A stretch of DNA of 64,000 nt from an uncultured Gammaproteobacteria bacterium. GTDB lineage: Bacteria > Patescibacteriota > Patescibacteriia > Patescibacteriales > GWE2-39-37. The position numbers and the translations under genes are program-made. A model generated the notes under the pieces. It was given only the letters and a program-made list of their open reading frames with translations. It was not told the origin of the DNA and did no database searches. The DNA is taken from assembly GCA_964443495.1 (NCBI GenBank), contig CAYUCS010000001.1, positions 147,806 through 211,805 of the forward strand, written 5' to 3'. Shown piece by piece: positions 1-9,027 of this stretch. Numbering within the stretch: position 1 is the stretch's first letter; the number at the start of each line of letters is the position of its first letter.

Positions 1-142
1 TTTGGCCTGAACCCCCACAGGCATTAGCATTGTATTCATATAGTAACATTGATGACGCACATGCCAGTATAAGTCCAGTAATTTTGGCCGATAAATAGGT
101 TTAAAAACTTTACTTTTAGGGGTGTTTAAGCTATATTTGAAG

Positions 143-279
143 TGCACAACCACAATTTAATAACCCGCAAAGATTAGGCGTATTTTTACGCTATTTTTCT
201 ATTCTTACACGTGAGCCGGATCGGGCATTCCGACCAATCATGTGTAAGGGTCTTTGCGGGCTCGAAATGTGGTTGTGCA
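143..279. promoter_or_regulatory. Bipartite inverted repeat upstream of mod: TGCACAACCACA-N9-CCCGCAAAGA (143-173) and its reverse complement with an N7 spacer (251-279). A third TGCACAACCACA copy lies at 328-339, over the mod start codon.
   Basis: Read directly from the sequence; 12+10 nt are identical in both arms. Function (operator or invertible switch) is inference. Confidence 0.35.
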
Positions 280-326
280 GGTCGGATGCCCGTTTTGTTT
301 TTCTGACCTTAAAACACATAGGTCAA

Positions 327-2039
327 ATGCACAACCACAAAACAACTCAACAATTTCAACAAGAAATAAATAAGCTCCAAGCAGAAGTTAAGAAACTTAA
401 AGCCAGAAAAAAATATGGTTTAGTTTGGGAGGAAAAAGAAGAACAGGTGATCTTGGATTGCCAAGACAAACTCCCAATATTAAAAGAAGTTAAAAGTAAG
501 GAAATCAAAACTGACGACGAATTGCCGGTTAATATTTTGATTGAGGGTGATAACTATCACTCTCTTTCTGTTTTAAGCTATACACACAGAGAGAAGATTG
601 ATGTTATTTATATTGACCCGCCATATAATACTGGCAACGCCAGTTGGCGATATAACAATAAAATAATTGACTCCGATGATAGCTTTAAACACAGCAAATT
701 CGCATCATTCATTAATAGTAGATTACGATTAGCAAAAAATCTTCTATCTCCAAACGGAATTATTATATTCACAATAGATGATTACGAAATTCATACATGT
801 AGATTGCTGTTGGATGAAATTTTTGGCGAAAATAATAGATTGGGAACTGCCGTAATCGTACACAATCCTAGGGGCAGAAATGACGACCAATATTTTGCAA
901 CGATGCATGAGTACGCACTTTTTTATTCAAAGAATAACCAATTCGCAAAAATAAAGAAATTTGAATTTAATGAGGAGTCACTCGAAAAGCAATTTCCTCA
1001 TTCTGACTCGCTGTCTCAATATGGAGTAGTCTCATTTATGAGAACGGGAAATAATTCAGATAGGCACACTAGACCAAATCTATTTTATCCAATTTATTGG
1101 GATGGTCATAAATTATCTCTTAAGAAAAGTAAGGGCGCAGTAGAAGTGTTGCCAATCAATGAAAAGGGTGAAGAAAAAACGTGGAGGTGGTCACAAGACA
1201 CGTTCGCAAAAAGTCATGAAACGGAAATATTGGTAAAAAAAGTAAAGGGCACTATTAGACTCTTCAAAAAAAGGAGGCCAGAAATTGTTGGTGGGACAAA
1301 GCCAAAAACTATTTGGTATGATCCAAAATACGATGCCTCAAGTCATGGAGTGGTGTTGCTTGATAAGTTGTTTAGCAAACGTGGCGTATTTCCATATCCA
1401 AAATCACTTCATGCCGTTATAGATTCAATTTTTATAACATCAAATAAAAACAGCACTGTGTTGGACTTTTTCGCTGGTTCAGGAACAACTGGACATGCCG
1501 TATTGGAGTTAAACAAGAAGGATGGCGGCAATAGAAAATTTATATTATGCACAAATAATGAAAATGAAATTTGTGAAGAAGTTACATATCCAAGAGTGAA
1601 AAAAATAATTACTGGATATAAAGATGCAAATGGTAAAAAGGTCGATGGTCTAGGTGGTAATCTAAAATACTACAAAACAGCGTTTGTTGACACTGAGCAT
1701 ATTGCCAAGATAAGCGACGAAAGTAAGATTAAGCTCACGTATCAAGTTGGAGAGATGATTGCATTACGTGAAAATGTTTTGGACGAAATTGAGAAAAATG
1801 ATTGGTGGCAAATCTTTGCTAATGATAATAAGCAATTGGCCATCTACTTCGAGGAGGACAAGAAAAAATTACAGACTTTAGTTGCCAAATTAAATAAAGA
1901 AAACAAATCAACCATTCTGTATATCTTTAGTTGGGGCAAGAATGAGTATAAGAATGAATTTGCCGACTATAAGAATATTAGAGTTGAGGATATACCTGAG
2001 CCCATTTTGGCTGTCTATAAAGAAATTAACAAATTATAA
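327..2039 (+). CDS. mod: Type III restriction-modification DNA methyltransferase (Mod), beta-class N6A/N4C
   Basis: ORF 240..2039 trimmed to ATG 327 (MHNHKTTQQ). Motif IV 'IYIDPPYNTG' precedes motif I 'VLDFFAGSGTTGHA'. Directly abuts a helicase-nuclease Res gene. Confidence 0.85.
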   Translation: MHNHKTTQQFQQEINKLQAEVKKLKARKKYGLVWEEKEEQVILDCQDKLPILKEVKSKEIKTDDELPVNILIEGDNYHSLSVLSYTHREKIDVIYIDPPYNTGNASWRYNNKIIDSDDSFKHSKFASFINSRLRLAKNLLSPNGIIIFTIDDYEIHTCRLLLDEIFGENNRLGTAVIVHNPRGRNDDQYFATMHEYALFYSKNNQFAKIKKFEFNEESLEKQFPHSDSLSQYGVVSFMRTGNNSDRHTRPNLFYPIYWDGHKLSLKKSKGAVEVLPINEKGEEKTWRWSQDTFAKSHETEILVKKVKGTIRLFKKRRPEIVGGTKPKTIWYDPKYDASSHGVVLLDKLFSKRGVFPYPKSLHAVIDSIFITSNKNSTVLDFFAGSGTTGHAVLELNKKDGGNRKFILCTNNENEICEEVTYPRVKKIITGYKDANGKKVDGLGGNLKYYKTAFVDTEHIAKISDESKIKLTYQVGEMIALRENVLDEIEKNDWWQIFANDNKQLAIYFEEDKKKLQTLVAKLNKENKSTILYIFSWGKNEYKNEFADYKNIRVEDIPEPILAVYKEINKL

Positions 2040-2040
2040 T

Positions 2041-4362
2041 ATGTTTCACTTAAAGCCATTTCAAGAAGAGGCTGTTGCCAAATTACGTAAAACATTTTTA
2101 GAGTTGTGGCAGACTGGCAATTATCGGCTTCCTCTCATATTCAAAGCACCGACTGGCAGTGGCAAGACTATTATGATTGCTCAATTGCTCAAAGATTTAA
2201 CTGGTGATCCACAATTTAATGCTGATAAAGCATTTCTGTGGTTTACTTTTAACGAAGAATCATACCAACAAAGCAAGAAGAAGCTCTTTGATTATTACGG
2301 CGGTGCTAGTGAGCTCGATCTCTTGGATTTAAACGATCTCAACCGTGGCCAACTAGAAAAGAACAATGTATTTTTTATCAACTGGCAAAAAATCAAAGAC
2401 TCAACTAAGGATGGCCGAAAACTTCGCCGTGATAACGAGCAAGGCTTAACCTTTGATAACTTTATTACATCTACTCAAGAGGCAGGTCGCGAACTAATCC
2501 TAATAGTTGACGAAGCACATCGTGACAAAGAAACGGATTTAGCCAGTGAACTGATTGATCTGATTAACCCTAGACTTATTTTAGAAATAACAGCTACTCC
2601 TAAGCGTGAACCAAGCGCTGATGATTTGGATGACAAAAAAGCTGGCTATGTCCGAGTTAAACGTGAAGATGTGGTTGAGGCTGGTTTAATTAAGGAAAAG
2701 ATTATTACCCAGACCAAAGAAGATATCGAGCAAGTCCAGAAAAAAGAATATGATCAGGACATGTTGCTGCTTGAATTAGCATACAGTAAGCGTCAAGAGT
2801 TGATTGAGTGCTACAAGAAATTAAAACTCAATATAAACCCTTTGGTCTTAATTCAACTCCCCAATGACGACAAGGCTTCAGGAGAAACAATGAATCAATC
2901 AAAGCTTGATATAGTTAAAAATTATCTTCGTGACCATGGAGTCGATGACGATAAAATCGCTATCTGGTTATCTGAGAAAAAAGAAAATCTTGAGCTGATT
3001 GAGCACAATGACTCAGGGGTTGATTTTCTGATATTCAAACAAGCCGCTGCTACTGGCTGGGATTGCCCAAGGGCTAGTATTTTGGTGATGTTTCGAGAGA
3101 TTAAAACTCCAGTCTTTCATATTCAAACAGTCGGGCGTATTCTGCGTATGCCTGAAGCTGAACATTATCCAATCAAAGATCTAAACATTGCCTATCTATT
3201 TACTAACTACGAAAGAAACCAGATCTTAGCTGAAAGCAATAAGCAAGGTGAAAACAAGCCAGCTGTTTATATTAGTCGCCGCCGAGATGATATTAAGCCC
3301 TTGAGCTTTGAATCTATCTTTATGAGCCGTGCTGATTATAACGATCTTGGGGATAGCTTTCAAGCAACTTTCAAAGAATCTGCTGACAATTACTTCGGTT
3401 TGAAAAAAGATGAGGCTACTGGCCAAATCAAAAATAAAATCGGTAAAGTTATTGATATCGATAATTTACATATTCAGAACGAACTGATCGTGGGAGTAGA
3501 AATCAAAGACTATGACAATTTTATCAGTGACCTCAAAGATAAGGGCGAAGATCTGAGTCTAGATTCATCCAAGAATGACTTGGAACGACTATATAATCTT
3601 ATATGTTTTAATCTCATTGCCCTACAAGAAGATGAGAACAAGAAATACGCGCCAGAACGCTCGTGGGGTAAAGTCAAAACTGCCTTCAATGTTTATTTTG
3701 CTCAAACCCTAAAGATGAAGCGAGATGATTATTATAAACTTATCGTCAAAGACTTGCTCAAACCAGATAGTCAATTAAAAAACATCTTGGCTGAATCATT
3801 GGGTGCTTATCGTACTATCCGCGAGTCTGAAGTTAAGCGTAAAGCCCAGCGAGCTAAAAGAGTTGAAATAGTTGAAGTTCCGCCAAAACTATTATTTTAT
3901 ACTGATGATTTTGAGGCTGTGACCAAAGCCAGTAAATCAGCCATGCAACCTGTATATCTACAGAAGGAATATTTAGGCAAAGTAAACGAAAACAAATTTT
4001 TAGAATACCTTGAAGCCAAGCCAAGTATTGAATGGTGGTATAAGAACGGCGATTTTGGGAGTGAGTTTTTTGCCATACCTTATGTAGATAATGGTCATGA
4101 CAAAATGTTTTATCCTGATTGGATTGTAAAAACTCCCAAAGGTTTACTTATACTGGAAACCAAGGCAGGAGACACTGCGATGTCTGAGCAAACCAAAGCC
4201 AAGGCTGCTGCACTACAAAATTGGATTAAGTCGCAAACTGGTAAGATTGAGGGCGGAATTATAGTGAATGATGCTGGGGTATGGAAAATCAATAAGAATG
4301 AAAAATACCAATACTCTGAGGATTTTAAAGGTTGGGAATTATTGGATAAGTATTTCAACTAA
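2041..4362 (+). CDS. res: Type III restriction enzyme Res subunit (SF2 helicase plus C-terminal nuclease)
   Basis: ORF 1942..4362 trimmed to ATG 2041 (MFHLKPFQEEAV), 1 nt after the mod stop. Contains 'KAPTGSGKT', 'IVDEAHR', 'QTVGRILRM' and a C-terminal 'YPDW...LILETKAG' PD-(D/E)xK-like motif. Confidence 0.85.
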   Translation: MFHLKPFQEEAVAKLRKTFLELWQTGNYRLPLIFKAPTGSGKTIMIAQLLKDLTGDPQFNADKAFLWFTFNEESYQQSKKKLFDYYGGASELDLLDLNDLNRGQLEKNNVFFINWQKIKDSTKDGRKLRRDNEQGLTFDNFITSTQEAGRELILIVDEAHRDKETDLASELIDLINPRLILEITATPKREPSADDLDDKKAGYVRVKREDVVEAGLIKEKIITQTKEDIEQVQKKEYDQDMLLLELAYSKRQELIECYKKLKLNINPLVLIQLPNDDKASGETMNQSKLDIVKNYLRDHGVDDDKIAIWLSEKKENLELIEHNDSGVDFLIFKQAAATGWDCPRASILVMFREIKTPVFHIQTVGRILRMPEAEHYPIKDLNIAYLFTNYERNQILAESNKQGENKPAVYISRRRDDIKPLSFESIFMSRADYNDLGDSFQATFKESADNYFGLKKDEATGQIKNKIGKVIDIDNLHIQNELIVGVEIKDYDNFISDLKDKGEDLSLDSSKNDLERLYNLICFNLIALQEDENKKYAPERSWGKVKTAFNVYFAQTLKMKRDDYYKLIVKDLLKPDSQLKNILAESLGAYRTIRESEVKRKAQRAKRVEIVEVPPKLLFYTDDFEAVTKASKSAMQPVYLQKEYLGKVNENKFLEYLEAKPSIEWWYKNGDFGSEFFAIPYVDNGHDKMFYPDWIVKTPKGLLILETKAGDTAMSEQTKAKAAALQNWIKSQTGKIEGGIIVNDAGVWKINKNEKYQYSEDFKGWELLDKYFN

Positions 4363-4473
4363 ATGGAAGGCGAAGATAATACTGATTTAGTTGAATTTTT
4401 TCGTCTTTTGCTTAAAATAGACCAAAAAATCAACCCTGATAACTACAAAACAGAAGATGAGTCTAAAGAATAA
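4363..4473 (+). CDS. 36-aa ORF (MEGEDNTDLVEFFRLLLKIDQKINPDNYKTEDESKE) starting on the base after the res stop
   Basis: Hand-translated; TAA(4360-62) is followed by ATG(4363), and a hairpin with T-run follows the ORF. No recognisable family. Confidence 0.25.
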   Translation: MEGEDNTDLVEFFRLLLKIDQKINPDNYKTEDESKE

Positions 4474-4497
4474 GGCTAAAATTGGCCTTATTTTTTT
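4472..4497 (+). terminator. Short hairpin (AAGGC/GCCTT) followed by T7 after the R-M operon
   Basis: Stem 4472-4476 / 4485-4489, then TTTTTTT 4491-4497. Confidence 0.45.
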
Positions 4498-4579
4498 ATC
4501 TACGATTGACATTGTAGCTGTTTTGTGCTATTATAAAATATTACTTTTTTCATTATCCAACAATAGGAGGAAAGAAAGA

Positions 4580-4948
4580 ATGAACCTTAAAGAACTATAC
4601 AAGGAAGTTTATGACACCGCCCATGGAATTACGATCGTCTCAGATGATGAACACCATTTTTTTCATGTTGATGAAAATGGCAAACGACTTTACGAAGAAG
4701 CCTACCTAGACGCCACAAGCTTCAAAGAAGATGGGACTGCATTGGTGATGAAATGTTTCGACGACAAAGTCCAAACAAGAGCCGAGGAATTAGCTGAAAT
4801 GATCGCCATGGGTCACTTTAAGGCAGAGGATCTGACCGAGGAAGACTACTATGAAGAAGATACTAGGCGCTACTTATGGGCCAAAATTAACCGTCGTGGT
4901 CAAGTGATTTCTGAGTGGAAAGATAGAAGTCACTATAATCTTTGGTAA
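4580..4948 (+). CDS. Hypothetical protein with WG-repeat-like segments
   Basis: ORF 4457..4948 trimmed to ATG 4580, preceded by AGGAGG (4565-4570). 'HVDENGKRLYEEAYLDATSFKEDGTALV' resembles the WG/KWG repeat pattern. Confidence 0.5.
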   Translation: MNLKELYKEVYDTAHGITIVSDDEHHFFHVDENGKRLYEEAYLDATSFKEDGTALVMKCFDDKVQTRAEELAEMIAMGHFKAEDLTEEDYYEEDTRRYLWAKINRRGQVISEWKDRSHYNLW

Positions 4949-5145
4949 AACCACAAAAGGCTTTGACCGTGCCCTGAGCTATGCTCTAAACGGTCTTTTT
5001 TATTACAAAATTAAATTTTCTGCAATAAATAATCTAAAGTATAATATCCCTTAAACTCCCCTAAAGTGGCTCTAATCAGTTGCAACTGGTGGAGAATTTT
5101 AAGGAACGGAAATTGCCGGATAAATATTCAATTTAGAACATTTAT

Positions 5146-5820
5146 TTAATTCTGTTCATAACCGGATTTTGGCAAATCTTTCAGCCCATCATCTCGTTGC
5201 TTCTTCAGCTCTATCTTTTCTTCCTCTGTAAGCTTAGGCAATTGCGGCTCATCGATTTTCTCAGCTTCCAATATGCCAGCATCTTTTTTTGACTCATCGC
5301 GATGGAACGCAAAGAATTCAGCAACTGATGCCTCAGCTTTTTTGTCGGCTAGATTTTCCATTACCTTCCTTAGCAAGTCCTTCCTTGATAGCTTCTTTGT
5401 CTTCTCGCTTTCCAAATCTTCATATATGCTAGACGAGACTACTCGCAAGCCGCCTCTCGGCTGGACATAGCCGCAACTATAGCAGGTCTCGCCAGGCTTC
5501 AGCTCGTAATGGTCGTGCTTTATCTCGACATAGTTAGTCCGTTTCGGTATGTAAGCCTCATGATTATTCTGCAGCCAAAACCTGACAGCGACCATATTGC
5601 CTCGGTTTATCTCCTTGATCAGGACTGATTCTGCCATATCATTGATATGCTTCCGTCCCAGTGACAAGACTTTGTCGGCCTGCTCCCTGAAATGCTTATT
5701 ATCCTTGAACCAACGATAATAAGTCGCCCTTGAAATGCCCGCCTTCTTGCAGGCGAGCGAAATTATAGGGGTTTCAGAAAGCAGGTCGAGCAATTTAGTT
5801 TGTTCGCCCAAGCGGCTCAT
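5146..5820 (-). CDS. HTH protein resembling a phage terminase small subunit / phBC6A51-type HTH
   Basis: N-terminal 'ACKKAGISRATYYRWFKDNKHF' HTH, then 'AVRFWLQNNHEAY'. Start overlaps the stop of the upstream ParB-MTase by 4 nt. Confidence 0.5.
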   Translation of the reverse strand: MSRLGEQTKLLDLLSETPIISLACKKAGISRATYYRWFKDNKHFREQADKVLSLGRKHINDMAESVLIKEINRGNMVAVRFWLQNNHEAYIPKRTNYVEIKHDHYELKPGETCYSCGYVQPRGGLRVVSSSIYEDLESEKTKKLSRKDLLRKVMENLADKKAEASVAEFFAFHRDESKKDAGILEAEKIDEPQLPKLTEEEKIELKKQRDDGLKDLPKSGYEQN

Positions 5821-7151
5821 GCAATTTTGACTCGCTTCTTGCCAGTGAGCTTCTCCCAGCGATTCAGGATGACCTCGGCATAGACAGGCGATTTTTCCAT
5901 AATGAAACAGCGCCGTTTCAATTTGGTCGAGGCGATGAGGGTCGAGCCGCTGCCACCGAACGGCTCTAAGACCAATTGGTCTCTCTTGGTCAGTATCTTG
6001 ATGTAGGGCATCAATATCTCGATCGGCTTCGTGCCGAAGATGATGCCTTGGCCTGAAGATTTTTCATCAGCCGCTACGAACTCAATGAAATCAGTCGGGC
6101 AATATTTCTTGCCTTTCTCGTAGCCTTCCCATTGCGGCTTGCCATTGATGGCAAATAGAGCTGTCTCGTATTCGTTCTGCACTAATTCTTCTTCGAATTC
6201 CAAGTCAGGCTCGGTCTCTTCGTTAGAAGTCCCGACCATGGCTATGTCGTATTTTGAGAAAAGCTTATGATTGCTGGCATAGCCTTGATTGCGATTCGGC
6301 AAGTGCCAGACTAGCATGTTGCGAACTTTCCAATGCTTTTCCATCTCGTTCCAGATGATGCGGATATTCTTCCAATTTTCGTAGACGATAATGGCGAAAT
6401 TGCTATTCTGCACCTTGGCAACATTATTCATCCATAATTCCGTGAAGTTATCAGGCAGCGATTCGGTCTCAAGGTATCGCCTGTTCTTCTTTGAGCCGAA
6501 GCCAGTCACCGCCTCGCCATGCTTAGTCTTGCCATGGAGGTAATCCAATATATAGGGCGGATCGGTCATGACCATGTCGATCTTATGTTCGCTAGCCAGC
6601 TTTAGCATATCAGCTTCGATAGTTGAATCGCCGCACATAAGCTTTGAGCCGCCCAAATCATAGACATCGCCTTTTTCTACGGTAATGCCAGCGATGTTCA
6701 ATTTGTCTAGCTCTTTCTTAAGGTCGAATTGTTCTTCCTCTGTTTCATCATCGAAGATTGAATCTAATTCCTCGGAATCGAAGCCTATATCGCCTAAGAA
6801 AGTTTCATCGAACTGGGCTAGCAACTTCAAGTCGAATTCGCCTTGGTTCTTGTTGAGCCTGATGCATAATTCCTTCTCCTTATCGATATCAGGAATATTG
6901 ATATAGACCACGGGAACCGCTTGATGTCCTAGCTCTTTAAGGACTTTAAGGCGGAAGTTGCCGCCGACTACGATATTCTTGCGCTCTTCTGCGCTGTTAA
7001 CTAGTAGCGGGTCGACAATGCCGTACCGCTTGATGCTTTCCTTGAGTTGCTCTGTCGCTTCATTATCCCAGTAGCGGGGATTGTAATCAGGGGAGATAAG
7101 CTCGTCCAAATTGACATAGCTGATCCTGAGGTCTTGTTGAGTTGTGCTCAT
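5817..7151 (-). CDS. ParB-like nuclease domain fused to a DNA methyltransferase (N4C/N6A, beta class)
   Basis: N-terminal ParB-type 'ISPDYNPRYW...GIVDPLLV', MTase motif IV 'VMTDPPYILDY' and motif I 'LEPFGGSGSTLIAS'. This architecture is common in phages. Confidence 0.85.
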   Translation of the reverse strand: MSTTQQDLRISYVNLDELISPDYNPRYWDNEATEQLKESIKRYGIVDPLLVNSAEERKNIVVGGNFRLKVLKELGHQAVPVVYINIPDIDKEKELCIRLNKNQGEFDLKLLAQFDETFLGDIGFDSEELDSIFDDETEEEQFDLKKELDKLNIAGITVEKGDVYDLGGSKLMCGDSTIEADMLKLASEHKIDMVMTDPPYILDYLHGKTKHGEAVTGFGSKKNRRYLETESLPDNFTELWMNNVAKVQNSNFAIIVYENWKNIRIIWNEMEKHWKVRNMLVWHLPNRNQGYASNHKLFSKYDIAMVGTSNEETEPDLEFEEELVQNEYETALFAINGKPQWEGYEKGKKYCPTDFIEFVAADEKSSGQGIIFGTKPIEILMPYIKILTKRDQLVLEPFGGSGSTLIASTKLKRRCFIMEKSPVYAEVILNRWEKLTGKKRVKIA

Positions 7152-7562
7152 ACGTTTTTCGGTCCCTTTTTTCCAACAAAAAAAGAAACCAGTTAATTAT
7201 TAAACCAATTTCTCTGTAGCGGATAAGGATTAAGCGTTTTATGACGCTGACAAACGTATTGAGCCGCGACCGCAGAGAAGCAGTCGCTTTTTTCCCCATA
7301 ACCTTCGAAGGAAGGACGGCTGCTGGAGACTTCACCGCTGTGAGACTCCTCGCGCGCAGTTTTGAGCGGGCAATTGTAGTAGAACAACTCGATGTTGTTA
7401 CATACATTTTACCACTCCTGTAAAGGCTTGAGCAGGGGTATAATTGAGAATGAGCCTTTTCTTTCTATGGTTAGGTGAAAAAGAGGTGCTTTTCGACAAA
7501 TTAACTTTTTTCACCAGTAGCAAAGCATCGGTAAAATAAGGCGGTTATCCACAACTTTCATT

Positions 7563-8246
7563 ATGAACTTAGAGCAAGCCATCAAGAACATCGACCGTTC
7601 AGTCAGGAAGCGAAAGCCTGAATGTTTCAATGTCTCTTGGGTCAGGCATAAGTTAGCTAAGTCGTATGCATATATAGAAAAGCACGTAACTACTGAGACA
7701 GGAGAAATCGATTGGGATGAAGTGGTTAGAAGGCTCGAGTATGAGCATCAGAAAATGTGGCTCAAGGGCGTTAAGCGCAAGAAGAAAGTTGAAACTTATG
7801 AGGATATGGATGAGGTCGAGGCAATCTTGAGCAGATATCGGGAGCGTCTTTACACTTTCATGGTACAGACCGACAAAGAGGATAAGAAGATTTGCGATGT
7901 CATAAGCATCCGCCTGGTCCGCACTGCTCAGAAGGGCAATATGCTTGCGCAGGAAAAGGCGATGGGTTTGATCAGACAGTTGGTGGAGCAATGGATGGAA
8001 GACAGGGGTCTCGGTCATTGGCGAGGATATGGCGAATTCATTGATACTAATATCGAGCGATGTATCCGCCGTTATCGATACTCTGGCTCATTTACGACCT
8101 ATCTATATCGCACGCTCCAATATGCTGGCCGTGGCATCAGGCCGCTTGAAGTTTTCTCATTAGATAGCTATTCTCAAATTACAGGGAGACGCAGGTCTGA
8201 GAATGTGGTGCAGAATGAGGAAACCAATGAGATTTATTTATATTAG
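7563..8246 (+). CDS. Hypothetical protein, possibly a sigma-70 region-2-like (phage-type) factor
   Basis: 'CIRRYRYSGSFTTYLYRTLQYAGR' resembles sigma region 2.2-2.4 (FsTYa..wIr). Weak; no region 4 recognised. Confidence 0.35.
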   Translation: MNLEQAIKNIDRSVRKRKPECFNVSWVRHKLAKSYAYIEKHVTTETGEIDWDEVVRRLEYEHQKMWLKGVKRKKKVETYEDMDEVEAILSRYRERLYTFMVQTDKEDKKICDVISIRLVRTAQKGNMLAQEKAMGLIRQLVEQWMEDRGLGHWRGYGEFIDTNIERCIRRYRYSGSFTTYLYRTLQYAGRGIRPLEVFSLDSYSQITGRRRSENVVQNEETNEIYLY

Positions 8247-8249
8247 ACT

Positions 8250-8810
8250 ATGAAATCTAATTCATATCAAAAAGAAGCGCTGGAAATACTAAGGGATATT
8301 TTCGGCGAGCAGATGGTAAAAAATGAGTGGGATTCGGTTACGTATGACGGTCACACCCACAATCACAAGGCAGTATATGCACCTCGCCATGATATCGCTG
8401 TTGGTCCTTTCAATTCGTATGCCGATTTGGATATCGGTAATGACAGGACTAGTGTGATGAAGTCGCATTTACTGACTAAAAAATTATACGATGGAACCTT
8501 GAGTAACAGAGGAAAATTAGATGAAGTCTGGAATAATTTTCCTAGGTGCTATTTGGCTATCGAAATCGAATGTAATGGGTCGTCAAAGCACATGCTCGGC
8601 AGCATAATCAATGCAAGCGTATCAGGCTCGATAGGAATTGTCATTGTTCCTGAGCATAGGAAAGAAAAGGCAAGAAGGATATGCAATTACATCAATAGGC
8701 TTCGAGGCATGGAACGTTTGGAGTTATATACATATGACAACCTGATCGTCTTCGGCCAAGCTGAGTTCCTTGATTTCATCAAGAGCTTTAGGCATGCCAC
8801 CAAAGCTTAG
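8250..8810 (+). CDS. Hypothetical protein with a possible PD-(D/E)xK nuclease core
   Basis: 'PRHDIAVGP' ... 'YLAIEIECNGSSKH' fits the D...ExE..K layout. The assignment is inference from motif spacing only. Confidence 0.4.
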   Translation: MKSNSYQKEALEILRDIFGEQMVKNEWDSVTYDGHTHNHKAVYAPRHDIAVGPFNSYADLDIGNDRTSVMKSHLLTKKLYDGTLSNRGKLDEVWNNFPRCYLAIEIECNGSSKHMLGSIINASVSGSIGIVIVPEHRKEKARRICNYINRLRGMERLELYTYDNLIVFGQAEFLDFIKSFRHATKA

Positions 8811-8988
8811 TCTTGTCCAGTTGAGACAAATAGCTCTCCGTGTCTCATTTGTCTCATTTTAAAACTAGAGAAGACTTATGTTAGATAAAACAGACCCCGA
8901 CCCACGTACTTTTTTGAGACACAGAAAAAGACATCAAAAAACCCTTTAAAACCTCGCTAAGCTGGGCACTTAACCCAGCTAGCCCGCC

Positions 8989-9027
8989 AAATAAATTAGA
9001 CCCCTTTGGGGGGGTCTAATTTATTTT
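8989..9027. terminator. 16-bp AT-flanked hairpin (AAATAAATTAGACCCC / GGGGTCTAATTTATTT)
   Basis: Perfect stem read from the sequence, with an A-run before and a T-run after (bidirectional form). Same style as the hairpins that follow the tRNA genes. Confidence 0.6.

Noticed and set aside
240-326. N-terminal extensions proposed by the ORF track (mod from 240, res from 1942, 4457, 12098, 24114, 24940, 29163, 53360, 61398)
   Set aside because: The extensions overlap upstream genes, terminator hairpins or repeats and lack RBSs. Internal ATGs give N-termini that match the family or follow an AGGAGG.
327-2039. Simple-sequence-repeat phase variation in the type III mod gene
   Set aside because: I looked for tetra-/penta-nucleotide or long homopolymer tracts in the 5' part of mod and found only A6-A7 runs, which are too short to argue for slipped-strand switching.
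7087-7423. Three overlapping small ORFs (106, 64 and 60 aa) in the 7152-7562 intergenic region
   Set aside because: They are mutually exclusive frames on both strands with no convincing RBS or recognisable sequence. They are left uncalled and the region is reported as a finding instead.
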